Part shown: positions 17,386 to 26,289 of the stretch, one piece after another | How positions within the stretch are numbered: position 1 is the first letter of the stretch | Layout of the letters: every line of letters starts with the position of its first letter | IMG/VR virus record: IMGVR_UViG_3300015370_001135 | Location: 1-43,957 of that record | Length of the DNA stretch: 43,957 bases | Source of the DNA: a virus | Lineage: Duplodnaviria > Caudoviricetes | Direction: 5' to 3' (one strand) | Position numbers and translations under genes: made by a program | Notes under the pieces: model-generated | What the model saw: the letters and a program-made list of their open reading frames with translations, nothing else | The model's database searches: none | Told to the model about the DNA's origin: nothing

Positions 17386-17415
17386 ACCCGCCGGGAACAC
17401 ACCCGGCGGGTTTTT
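17386..17415 (+). terminator. Intrinsic terminator in the late-operon leader (tR'-like)
   Basis: ACCCGCCGGG-aacaca-CCCGGCGGGT followed by a T run. Confidence 0.8.
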
Positions 17416-17427
17416 GATTGGTGCTTT

Positions 17428-17449
17428 CAAGATGCAAATTTGCATCTTG
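17428..17449. repeat. 22-bp perfect palindrome, copy 2 (late-operon leader)
   Basis: Identical to 10378-10399. Confidence 0.95.
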
Positions 17450-17463
17450 CCTCGGAGAAACCG

Positions 17464-18042
17464 ATGACGACCGATCTGAGATGGAAAGATTTCCATGAGG
17501 TCGAGCGGTTCGAGCGCATGCTGACGCGGCTCGGGCGAAACGATGCGCCGCTGATCTACCAGCGGGCGTTGAGCCGAACCGGCGATATGGTCTGGACGCG
17601 TGTTGTACGTGCGCTAACCGGGCAGACCGGCCTCAAGCGCAAGCTTCTGGCCCGTGCGGTCAGGAAAACCAAGCCGTCCTGGACCAATCTGACCTATCGG
17701 ATATCGGCAAGCGGCGGCGACATCGGGTTGCGCTACTTCGATGCGCGCGAAACGCGCAAGGGTGTGTCGGCCAAACCGTTCAATCAGCGCCGCGTGTTCC
17801 AGTCGACGTTCATGAAGGGCGGCCGGTTCCCAAGCCGGGTCGAGCTGAACATGGGCGGCCAGGTCTGGCAGCGCGTCGGTTCGTCTCGCTTGCCGCTGAT
17901 GCGGGCGACATCGGGCGTGATCATCCCGGCCGAGATGGTCAAGGACGAAAGCGCCGAGCAATTCGAGGCAGCGAGCCGCGAGATCCTCCCGCGCCGCGTC
18001 CTTCACGAAATCAACAGGGCCACCGGCGGGGCGTTTGCCTAG
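17464..18042 (+). CDS. Phage tail-completion-like protein (gpZ-like) upstream of terminase
   Basis: GGAG ribosome-binding site; RALSRTG..V...QTGLK, STFM, VWQRVGSSRLPL...GVIIP motifs. Confidence 0.6.
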   Translation: MTTDLRWKDFHEVERFERMLTRLGRNDAPLIYQRALSRTGDMVWTRVVRALTGQTGLKRKLLARAVRKTKPSWTNLTYRISASGGDIGLRYFDARETRKGVSAKPFNQRRVFQSTFMKGGRFPSRVELNMGGQVWQRVGSSRLPLMRATSGVIIPAEMVKDESAEQFEAASREILPRRVLHEINRATGGAFA

Positions 18043-18178
18043 CCGACCGGTTTAGGGACCGTATTCTGGCCCAACACCACGCGGTGCGGAAGCAGCCCGA
18101 GATTTGGCCAGTCTGACCACATTTAAGGAGCCTTAAAAGCCGGGCTTAAAAGCTTAAAAGAGAGCCTGTTTAGGTGTC
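18043..18178 (+). other. Probable cos/packaging-initiation region
   Basis: Non-coding gap directly before terS of a gpA-type terminase; three CTTAAAAG direct repeats at 18132-18160. Confidence 0.5.
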
Positions 18179-18811
18179 ATGGCAGAATTGATTGAAGGCA
18201 AAAGCGAGTTTGCCAGGCGCATTGCTGTGAAGCCGGCACGGATCACGCAGATGATCCAGGAAGGAAAGATCCCTCCAGAGGCGTTGGTTGGGGAAGGTCG
18301 CACGGCGCGCATCCGTGTCCATCTGGCGCTAAAGCAGATTGCGCAGAAGCGCGATATTGGTCAGGCGCTCGGCAACGGCCTGGGGACACGGCTCGATGGT
18401 GTGGCGCCTGAAGGCAACGAGACAAGGGAAGAGGATCCAGAACCGGATCTGCCGCTCGCGCCGCGCGAACCCTCGGTCGAGGATGAGATCAAGCAGGAAC
18501 GCCTGATCCGTGAGCGTCGTGCCAACCGCCAGGCTCAAGAGGCCGACGCGCTTCGCCGAGGCGCCTTGATGGAAACGGCGCAAGCACGCGCCGAAATGAA
18601 CAAGATCACGTCGCGCATGCTCGTTACGTTTGAAGGTGCGCTGCCGGACTTTGCCTCGGCTTTGGCGGCCAAATTCGAGATTCCGCAACGCGACATTCTT
18701 CATGTTCTGCGGCGGGAGTTCACGCGGATGCGGTCGAACGCTTCTAAGCGCGAAGCCGCCCGAGCCGAGGAACTGCCGACGCACAGTGAAGTCGTCATGG
18801 CGGACGACTGA
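18179..18811 (+). CDS. terS: Terminase small subunit
   Basis: N-terminal winged HTH (KSEFARRIAVKPARITQM), coiled coil, position before terL. Confidence 0.8.
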   Translation: MAELIEGKSEFARRIAVKPARITQMIQEGKIPPEALVGEGRTARIRVHLALKQIAQKRDIGQALGNGLGTRLDGVAPEGNETREEDPEPDLPLAPREPSVEDEIKQERLIRERRANRQAQEADALRRGALMETAQARAEMNKITSRMLVTFEGALPDFASALAAKFEIPQRDILHVLRREFTRMRSNASKREAARAEELPTHSEVVMADD

Positions 18812-18812
18812 C

Positions 18813-20762
18813 ATGACAGCAATGTCGATCAACCTCGCCAACGCCGAGCGTGTTGGAGCTGAGGTGATGGCCGATATCTGGGCGCCGCCGCCACCGGTCG
18901 ATTATCTTGCATGGGCCGAGCAGAACATCGTGTTCTCGAAACGCGAGAGCCAGTTCGCTGGCCCTTACAACCGCGAGTTGTTCGGTTACTTCGACGAGAT
19001 CCTCCGCGCTTTGTCGCCCGACGATCCGTGCCGCGAGGTCACGCTTCTGTCCTCGGCGCAGATCGGCAAGACGACGGTTGCGAATATATTCGTCGGCGGG
19101 TCAATCGATATGGATCCCGGCGACCTGCTCTTCGTCCACCCGACGGAAAGCAATGCGCAACGGTGGAGCAAGACAAAGCTCTCGCCGATGCTGCGGAACA
19201 CGACGGCGCTGTCGCAGCTGTTCCCGATGAAAAGCCGGGATGGCCTCGACAGCGTGCTCTACAAAGAACGCGTCGACGGCCAGGGTGCCATCATCATCGG
19301 CGGCGCCAACTCTCCGGCGTCGTTGTCGATGGTCACAGTCGAGCGCCAGGTGCAGGACGATCTCTCGAAATGGGAGATGAATTCTGCTGGCGATCCGGAA
19401 ACGCAGGCCGATAGTCGATCGCGTGGCCGAGAATTTGCCAAGATATTGAAGCTTGGTACGCCGCTGGTCGTGCCGGGGTGCCGGACGACGGCCAGCTATG
19501 AACGCGGCAGTCAGGAAGAACTGTACGTGCCGTGTCCGCAGTGCGGGCATATGCATGTCCTCGAGTGGGAGAACTTCCTCGACAATCTCGATGAAGAGGT
19601 GCCGGAGAAAGCGCATTTCTCCTGTCCGTCTTGTGGTGGCGTGATTGAGGAACATCACCGGCGTGGGATGATCGCCGGCCATGAGTGGCGCGCGCAGAAT
19701 CCGAAGGCAAAGCGCTACCACCGCTCGTTCTCGCTGTGGAGCGCGATCTCGTTCCTGCAAAGCTTCGAGCGGATTGCCCGCGAATGGATCGAGGCAAAGG
19801 GCGATCCGGCGGCTGAGCAGGTGTTCTTCAACGACACTGTCGGCCGCGCCTATCGGATTCTCGGTGAGGCACCGAGCTGGAAGGTTCTGGCCGAGCGCGG
19901 TGCGCAATCGGAATATGCGATCGGCGATATTCCTGCTGGCCACGTCATTGTGACGGTCGGCGTGGATTGTCAGAAGGACTATGTGCAGTACCAGGTCGTG
20001 GCCTGGAGCCGCAAAGGGCGCCGCGCGATTGTGACCTCAGGGACTTATCAGGGGCACATTTCCGAGGAGGTTTGCCAGGAGGCGCTCGACGGATTGCTCA
20101 AGCAGACCTGGGAAAACGCATACGGTCGGCAAGTCGGCGTCGACCTCCTCGGGATCGACGGCAATGCCTGGACCGAAGATGTCTGGGGATGGGCCAAAAA
20201 GCACCCGGCAAACCGGGTGATCATGCTGCGCGGTGTCGGGTCCGAGACGGCTCCGCTCCTCGCGAAGGTGAAAAAGGAACGCAAACGGGACGGCCGCCTC
20301 GCGCGCTATTCTCGCCGCTTCTACAACTTCGCGACGTCGGTCCTCAAAATGGGATTTTATCGCAATCTCGCGAAAGAGGATCCGCTTCAGAAGGGCTTCG
20401 TCTCTCTGCCCTGTGGGCTGGACGATGAGTTCTATCGCCAGCTAACGGCGGAAAGCCGCAAGCCGGAAAAAAACAAGGCCGGGTTCACGACATATCGCTG
20501 GGTCAAGGACCCAAATCAGGCGAACGAGGGGCTCGACACACACCTGCAGGCATGGGCAGCGGCCATTAAAATCGGCGTCAACACCATGCCGGATGCCTGG
20601 TGGGATGCCAGGGAAGCCGAGCGTGAGTGCGAACCGGATCCGGAACAAGCCGATATCGAGGACCTGTTTCACAAGCCACCGGTCCATGAGACCTCGGCAT
20701 CGCCCGAACCATCGAAAACCGGCAAGAGCCTGACCGAGCTCGGCAAAGACTGGAACCGCTGA
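18813..20762 (+). CDS. terL: Terminase large subunit, lambda gpA family
   Basis: SAQIGKT Walker A, GANSPASL, GTP, VPCPQC, VGVDCQ, NEGLD. Confidence 0.95.
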   Translation: MTAMSINLANAERVGAEVMADIWAPPPPVDYLAWAEQNIVFSKRESQFAGPYNRELFGYFDEILRALSPDDPCREVTLLSSAQIGKTTVANIFVGGSIDMDPGDLLFVHPTESNAQRWSKTKLSPMLRNTTALSQLFPMKSRDGLDSVLYKERVDGQGAIIIGGANSPASLSMVTVERQVQDDLSKWEMNSAGDPETQADSRSRGREFAKILKLGTPLVVPGCRTTASYERGSQEELYVPCPQCGHMHVLEWENFLDNLDEEVPEKAHFSCPSCGGVIEEHHRRGMIAGHEWRAQNPKAKRYHRSFSLWSAISFLQSFERIAREWIEAKGDPAAEQVFFNDTVGRAYRILGEAPSWKVLAERGAQSEYAIGDIPAGHVIVTVGVDCQKDYVQYQVVAWSRKGRRAIVTSGTYQGHISEEVCQEALDGLLKQTWENAYGRQVGVDLLGIDGNAWTEDVWGWAKKHPANRVIMLRGVGSETAPLLAKVKKERKRDGRLARYSRRFYNFATSVLKMGFYRNLAKEDPLQKGFVSLPCGLDDEFYRQLTAESRKPEKNKAGFTTYRWVKDPNQANEGLDTHLQAWAAAIKIGVNTMPDAWWDAREAERECEPDPEQADIEDLFHKPPVHETSASPEPSKTGKSLTELGKDWNR

Positions 20763-20764
20763 CC

Positions 20765-22408
20765 ATGAGCGACAAGCCAAGATATCGCGTGCCGGCGGGG
20801 CGTGCTGGCGCGATCGTGCCGACACAGACGGCGCTGGTGCCGCATCGGCCGACCGCTGGCTATCTGCGCGATACGCGTTCGGGGATCATCAACACCCGAC
20901 CAGCGACGCTGCGCGATCACCGGGACGAAGTGCGTCGGGTGTGGCAGCGGTCGGCCGGTCTTGCCATGGACATGCTGATGAACTCAGGTCGGCTGCGCGG
21001 TGCGGCCGACCAGGTCATCGCCGATACTGTCGGCTCCGAACTCGGGTTGAACTATCTGCCCGACAAAGAGGTGATGGCCCGGCTCGGATTCAGCGAGAAC
21101 GAGCGCACTGAGTGGATCAAGTTGGTCAAGGCCGAGTGGAAACGCTGGTCGTGGAACAAGGCTGAATGCGATTTTCGCGGGAAATTCACCGTGCCGCAGA
21201 TGATCGATATCGGGCTTCGGCACGATATGGCCTTTGGCGAAGTCACAGGCGTGCTCCAGTACATGCCGAACGCCGAACGCCGTCGTTACGGCATCAAGAC
21301 CGGCACAAAGATCCTGATGGTTCCGCCGACGCGCCTGGTGCAGGACACCAGCGAAATGGAAAGGCTGTTCCAGGGAGTCTATCACGACACAAATGGGCGC
21401 GCCGTGCGGTACCTGTTCCAGGAGCGCAGTGCCGGGTTCTGGAAGAAAACGCCGTGGCCGGCCAATGATGCTCAGGGCCGCCAGGTCGTCATGCATATTT
21501 TCGACCCACAGGATGCGCTCGACGTGCGCGGCATCTCTCGGTGGGCGCCGGGATTTCGCCGCGAAATCCAGCGTGAGACGCTTGTCGACACCACGTTGCA
21601 GACCGCGATCCTGCAGACGGTGTTCGCAGCGACGCTTACCAGTGACCGGCCATCTCAGGAAGCTTTCGAAGGGTTGGAGACTCTCAAGGAACTCGACACT
21701 GAGGCGGGCGGGGCTCTGGTCAACGAGTTCTTGGGTTTGCTTGCCGCTCAGATAGCGGCTGCAAAGAAAAGCGGGATCGACATGAGCGGCGACCCGCAGA
21801 TTTCTCACCTGGGGCCGGGTGAGGAATTCAAGCTGCACGGTGCGCAAACGCCAGGCCCTCAATTCCAGCCTTTCGAGAATGCCCTCAGTCGTGACATGGC
21901 GCGGGCCATCGGCATTACTTATGGTGGTTTGACGATGAACCACGAAGGGGCGACCTATTCGTCCGTCCGCATGGAAAACTCGTCGATCTGGCCGGTGGTC
22001 ATGAGGCGCCGCGAGCGCGTTGCCGGCGTTCAGGCGCAGACGATCTTCGAGGCATTTCTCGATGAGCAAATCGGCACCGGACGCATTCCGTTCAAGCCGG
22101 GATATGCAGCCTTTGTTGCAAACCGCGAGGCACTTGTCTGGGCCTTGTGGCAGGGGCCGTCGAAACCTACCGCCGATGACCTCAAGAGTGCAAAAGGCTC
22201 AACCGAGCGCATGCAGAATGGCATGTCCTCAGTCGAGATCGAGGCCGGTGATAGCGGTCATGATCCAGAAGAACTGTTCGATCAGCGCGTGCGTCTTCAC
22301 AAGCGCTACGTCGCCGAGGGCATGCAGTCGCCCTATGCGCCGAGGTCGACCGGCAGCGCCAAGGCCCAGGCCGATGAAAGCACCGCCGAAACGGAGAAAG
22401 CAGGATGA
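20765..22408 (+). CDS. Portal protein, lambda family
   Basis: DVRGIS, LGPGEE, ARAIGITY, ATYSSVR motifs. Confidence 0.9.
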   Translation: MSDKPRYRVPAGRAGAIVPTQTALVPHRPTAGYLRDTRSGIINTRPATLRDHRDEVRRVWQRSAGLAMDMLMNSGRLRGAADQVIADTVGSELGLNYLPDKEVMARLGFSENERTEWIKLVKAEWKRWSWNKAECDFRGKFTVPQMIDIGLRHDMAFGEVTGVLQYMPNAERRRYGIKTGTKILMVPPTRLVQDTSEMERLFQGVYHDTNGRAVRYLFQERSAGFWKKTPWPANDAQGRQVVMHIFDPQDALDVRGISRWAPGFRREIQRETLVDTTLQTAILQTVFAATLTSDRPSQEAFEGLETLKELDTEAGGALVNEFLGLLAAQIAAAKKSGIDMSGDPQISHLGPGEEFKLHGAQTPGPQFQPFENALSRDMARAIGITYGGLTMNHEGATYSSVRMENSSIWPVVMRRRERVAGVQAQTIFEAFLDEQIGTGRIPFKPGYAAFVANREALVWALWQGPSKPTADDLKSAKGSTERMQNGMSSVEIEAGDSGHDPEELFDQRVRLHKRYVAEGMQSPYAPRSTGSAKAQADESTAETEKAG

Positions 22409-22662
22409 GCAATCCGGTGACGATCGACGGCGCCGAGGTTGATCTCGAAGCGCCGTGCGATGTGGTGAAGGCTCTCAAGCGTGTCGAGATGAAGATCGCC
22501 ATCGGTGGCGCGGTCGGTCGCACGAACGTCCAGGGCGAAGAAGTGGAATTCACCGAGGCAAACCTGCCGAGGCTTCAGTCGCTCCTGGCCAAATACCAGG
22601 CTGACTGCGATCGCAACAATGGCGTGCGTCCACGCTTCGCCAAAACCGTGAGCTGGGTCTAG
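22405..22662 (+). CDS. gpW-like head-completion protein
   Basis: 85 aa; EEVEFTEANLPRL resembles the gpW VxYxxA motif. Confidence 0.6.
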   Translation: MSNPVTIDGAEVDLEAPCDVVKALKRVEMKIAIGGAVGRTNVQGEEVEFTEANLPRLQSLLAKYQADCDRNNGVRPRFAKTVSWV

Positions 22663-22698
22663 CCAGCCCATTCGACTTCAGAAATGCGGAGAATTTCA

Positions 22699-23874
22699 AT
22701 GCCGGTTCTTAGGGACGGCGAGCTGTACCTGTACGGCTTCGTCGGTGACTCATTCTGGGATGAGGGCTTCACCGCGAGTGAAGTGCAGGACGCGTTGATC
22801 ATGCTGGGTCGCGACGCCCACGCCGTCGTTCATCTCAATTCGGGCGGTGGCTATGTCGACCAGGGTGTCGCGATCTACAACGCGTTCATCGCGCATCGCG
22901 GCAAGGTGACCATAAAGGTCGAGGGCCTCGCGGCTTCCGCAGCATCGGTGATTTTCATGGCTGGCGAAGAGCGCCTGATGAACACCGGCGCGATGCTCAT
23001 GATCCACGATCCGTCCAGCATCGTATTCGGCACAGCAGCCGACATGGCGAAAAAGCGAGACATGCTTGACAAGATCGCCAATGAATTGGCGAGCATCTAC
23101 GCCGACCGCACGGGCGATAACGTCGAGGCCATTCGCGACGAAATGCGCGACGAGATATGGCTGACCGGTGACGAGGCCATCGATCGGGGATTCGCAACTG
23201 GCGTGGCCGATCAGGATGCCGAAGCGGTCACCGCCTTCGATTATCGCGTTTACGCGCATGCGCCTGCCGATCTTCGTGCGCTTGCTCAAACGAACTCATG
23301 GTCGCTTCCGGCGGCCCCCTCCAAAGCCAACGGGATGCCGACGCGCGTGCCGAACGCAGGAATGCGCCCTGTCGATACGCGGGGGGTGAACTCGGGCGTC
23401 CCGATAGGCGGGCGTCATCAACCGCAGGAAGAGGAGAACTCAATGCCTGCAAACAATGGCAAGCCCGCCGCCACGATTCTGGCGGGCATCACCGACGCGG
23501 CCATGGCGAGCATCGCTACGCAGGCTGTTGAAGCCGCTTCGATCGAAGGCAACACAGCTGGCCGCGAAGCCGAACGGGAACGCCTCACTGGCATTCTCAA
23601 TGCCGACGATATCAAGGGCGACGGCAAGCGCATGTCGGCCGCACTCGACTTGGCGTCGAAGTCTTCGGCCATGAGCGCCGAGGACGTGGTCGCTTTCGTC
23701 ACCGGAAATGTCGCCGAGGCCTCGGCCGAAGCTGACCCGGCGGCTGCGTATGAGGCCAGCCGAACTTCTGCCAGCGGTCTTGCATCGCCTGCGCCTGCGC
23801 CAAAGTCGCAGGGCCGGTCTCTCAACAGCAGCGCCATTTACGATGCGCGCCGCAAGCAGGGTGGAAAGGAGTAA
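22699..23874 (+). CDS. ClpP-type prohead protease with C-terminal scaffold
   Basis: LNSGGG, GLAASAASVI, MIHDP, EIWLTGDEAIDRGFA. Confidence 0.92.
   Translation: MPVLRDGELYLYGFVGDSFWDEGFTASEVQDALIMLGRDAHAVVHLNSGGGYVDQGVAIYNAFIAHRGKVTIKVEGLAASAASVIFMAGEERLMNTGAMLMIHDPSSIVFGTAADMAKKRDMLDKIANELASIYADRTGDNVEAIRDEMRDEIWLTGDEAIDRGFATGVADQDAEAVTAFDYRVYAHAPADLRALAQTNSWSLPAAPSKANGMPTRVPNAGMRPVDTRGVNSGVPIGGRHQPQEEENSMPANNGKPAATILAGITDAAMASIATQAVEAASIEGNTAGREAERERLTGILNADDIKGDGKRMSAALDLASKSSAMSAEDVVAFVTGNVAEASAEADPAAAYEASRTSASGLASPAPAPKSQGRSLNSSAIYDARRKQGGKE
23443..23874 (+). CDS. Nested in-frame scaffolding protein (Nu3-like)
   Basis: GAGGAG ribosome-binding site before an in-frame ATG at 23443; AERERLTGIL motif. 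Confidence 0.6.
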   Translation: MPANNGKPAATILAGITDAAMASIATQAVEAASIEGNTAGREAERERLTGILNADDIKGDGKRMSAALDLASKSSAMSAEDVVAFVTGNVAEASAEADPAAAYEASRTSASGLASPAPAPKSQGRSLNSSAIYDARRKQGGKE

Positions 23875-23877
23875 GCC

Positions 23878-24264
23878 ATGGAGACCAAGACCATGGGTCC
23901 CCGCAATCTGGGGTTTGTGCTGAGCGAGGCCAGTGGCAATCGCTCCTATGAAAACGTCGTGATCGCCTCAGGTGCCGGCGAACTCAAGCCTGGCGCCGTG
24001 CTCGGCATGGTGACGGCCTCCGACAAATATGTCGGAAGCACGGAGGCCGAGGTCGTTGGCAAGGAAGGCGCGGAAACGGCGACAGCCATTCTGGCCTACG
24101 GCGTCGACGCGACGTCTGCCGATGTCGAAGCCGTCATCATGCGGCGCGACGGTGAGGTGAAAAAGGACTTTCTCGTCTTCGACGCTTCCGTCGACAACGC
24201 CACCAAGATCGCCGCCAAGCATACCCAGCTGGCCGCAGCTGGCGTCAACATCATCGTCCGTTAG
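23878..24264 (+). CDS. Head decoration protein (lambda gpD-like)
   Basis: LSEASGNRS, GAVLG, AILAY, GVNIIVR. Confidence 0.85.
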   Translation: METKTMGPRNLGFVLSEASGNRSYENVVIASGAGELKPGAVLGMVTASDKYVGSTEAEVVGKEGAETATAILAYGVDATSADVEAVIMRRDGEVKKDFLVFDASVDNATKIAAKHTQLAAAGVNIIVR

Positions 24265-24346
24265 CCGACCCGTCGACACGGACACTTTCCAAAACTGAAG
24301 CATTCGCGCCGGCTGTTCCGGCGGATGCCTGAAGGAGCATAATCCC

Positions 24347-25357
24347 ATGCCTGAAATCAATGTCTGGGATGGCGACGGGTTCACGCTGGAATCGCTGACC
24401 GCTGCCATCAACAACATGCCGTACCGGCCCGGCCAGATCGGCGCGCTCGGCGTGTTCGACGAGGATGGTGTCACGACGACCATGGTGTCGATCGAAGAGC
24501 GCAACGGCAAGTTGAGCCTGATCGAGCCGACGCCGCGCGGTGGCCCCGGTGAAACAACCGACGACGAGGATCGCAACAAGATTCCGTTTGAGGTCGATCA
24601 CTATCAGCGCGACGACTTCGTCAAGGCCGACGAAGTCCAAAATGTCCGCGAGTTCGGGACGTCAGATGTTCTCGAAACCCTGCAAGGGCGCATCGAGCGT
24701 CGTGGGCAGCGTCATGCCCAGGATCTGACAATGACGCTCGAACACCAGCGTGTCGGTGCAATCAAGGGCATTGTGACGGCCAAGTCCGGCAAGGTGCTGC
24801 ACAATCTTTATGACCGGTTTGCCCTGGCGGTGCCTGCGGCAGTCTCGCTTGAGCTTGATGTCGATGCGACGGATGTCATGCAGATTCTGCAGGATGTCAC
24901 CTACTCGATAGAGGATGATCTGGACGAGCCTTACGAGGGCATCCACTATCTCACCGGACGCGACCTTCACGCCAAGCTGTGGCGACACAAATCGGTCAAA
25001 GACACTTTCCTGAACACCTCTGGCGCAATCGTGCTTCGCCAGGATGTGCCGGATGTCTTCACGCTCGGCAGCAACACGTTCGAGCGCTATCGCACCGGCG
25101 CCAAGGCGACAGCCGATCTCGGGTCACCGTACGTTGCCACCAACGAAGCGCGCGGTTTCCCGAAGGGTGTGCCGGAGCTGTTCATCACGCGCTTCGCGCC
25201 GGCGGACTACGAGGAAACCGTGAACACGGTCGGCCTGCCCTACTACATGAAGCAGTATGCAGCGCAGAACGGAAAGGGGCGCCACCTCGAAGTGCAGAGC
25301 AACCCGATCTCGCTGTGCACCAAGCCGAAAGTGCTGCGCAAGCTGACGCTAACCTAG
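24347..25357 (+). CDS. Major capsid protein (gpE family)
   Basis: LTAAIN, EHQRVGAIKG, APAD...VNTVGLP, QSNP..LC.KP. Confidence 0.92.
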   Translation: MPEINVWDGDGFTLESLTAAINNMPYRPGQIGALGVFDEDGVTTTMVSIEERNGKLSLIEPTPRGGPGETTDDEDRNKIPFEVDHYQRDDFVKADEVQNVREFGTSDVLETLQGRIERRGQRHAQDLTMTLEHQRVGAIKGIVTAKSGKVLHNLYDRFALAVPAAVSLELDVDATDVMQILQDVTYSIEDDLDEPYEGIHYLTGRDLHAKLWRHKSVKDTFLNTSGAIVLRQDVPDVFTLGSNTFERYRTGAKATADLGSPYVATNEARGFPKGVPELFITRFAPADYEETVNTVGLPYYMKQYAAQNGKGRHLEVQSNPISLCTKPKVLRKLTLT

Positions 25358-25378
25358 CGGTTGATGCCAATCACATTC

Positions 25379-25408
25379 GAAAGGGCCGGGCATTGACCCG
25401 GCCTTTTC
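25379..25408 (+). terminator. Intrinsic terminator after the capsid gene
   Basis: GAAAGGGCCGGG-cattga-CCCGGCCTTTTC. Confidence 0.75.
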
Positions 25409-25452
25409 GTTTCCGACCAGGGCGTGCGCGTCCTGATCCGAAACGAAAGGAC

Positions 25453-25887
25453 ATGACGATGGCCAAGAAGATCACGATTGCATTCGCCAACGGCGGTATC
25501 GTGCCCCGCGATCAACTGACTGCCAAAGCGGCGAAGGACAAGAAGGTGGGGCCACACGAGCCAGTCGATGTTGTCGACACCTACGGCCAGAGCCTGATTG
25601 CCGACCGCTTCGCCTATGAATGGGATGCGAAGACCGCGCCCAAGCTGCCGGCCGACCCGCTGGCCGCGGCAGAAAAGAAGGCCAAGGAGATCATCGCCGC
25701 CGCCGAGAAGAAGGCACAAGACCTCACGTCAGCTGCGGAAACCAAGGCAGGCGAAATTGCCGCCGAGGCTGAGATGAAGGCCAAGGAAGCGATCGAAGGG
25801 GCCGACAAGAAAGCGGATGAGATTGTCGCTGAGGCCGAGAAGGTGGCCAAGGAAGCGGCCGCGCCGGACGAGAGCAAGCAGGACTAG
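25453..25887 (+). CDS. Hypothetical protein with 11-residue coiled-coil repeats (gpFI position)
   Basis: AAGGA ribosome-binding site; AEKKAKEIIAA-type repeats. Confidence 0.7.
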   Translation: MTMAKKITIAFANGGIVPRDQLTAKAAKDKKVGPHEPVDVVDTYGQSLIADRFAYEWDAKTAPKLPADPLAAAEKKAKEIIAAAEKKAQDLTSAAETKAGEIAAEAEMKAKEAIEGADKKADEIVAEAEKVAKEAAAPDESKQD

Positions 25888-25893
25888 TCTCAC

Positions 25894-26289
25894 ATGGCCG
25901 CCATTCACGCGATCGCCGCTGCTTCGGCGGCGGCGGTCGACAGCGTACATGCCGAGCAGGTTCGCCTGGAGCCGATGATCGAGCATCAGTATTCCGGACG
26001 GGGTGCTGACCCGTCGCGCACCATCAAGGAGATATCGGCGCCACTCATCAGCGACCGGGATCTTCTGGCGCTCGATACCAAAGGGCGCGGCGATGCCGAC
26101 CGGTTTGGTGGCGGCGCGCAAACCCTGTTCATCCATAGAGCGATCTGGCCGGAGGAAACCGATCTGAGAAAAGGCGACGTGGTCGTTGCACTCGATCGGC
26201 CTGGTGAACCGCGCTTTGCCGTCGACAATGTCGACAAGCGACAGCGTGCCCGGATCGTCGTCCACCTGTCGGGGCTTGGCCATGCTTAA
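25894..26289 (+). CDS. Putative head-tail joining/closure protein
   Basis: Size, position and LRKGDVV..LDRPGEPRF motif. Confidence 0.55.
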   Translation: MAAIHAIAAASAAAVDSVHAEQVRLEPMIEHQYSGRGADPSRTIKEISAPLISDRDLLALDTKGRGDADRFGGGAQTLFIHRAIWPEETDLRKGDVVVALDRPGEPRFAVDNVDKRQRARIVVHLSGLGHA

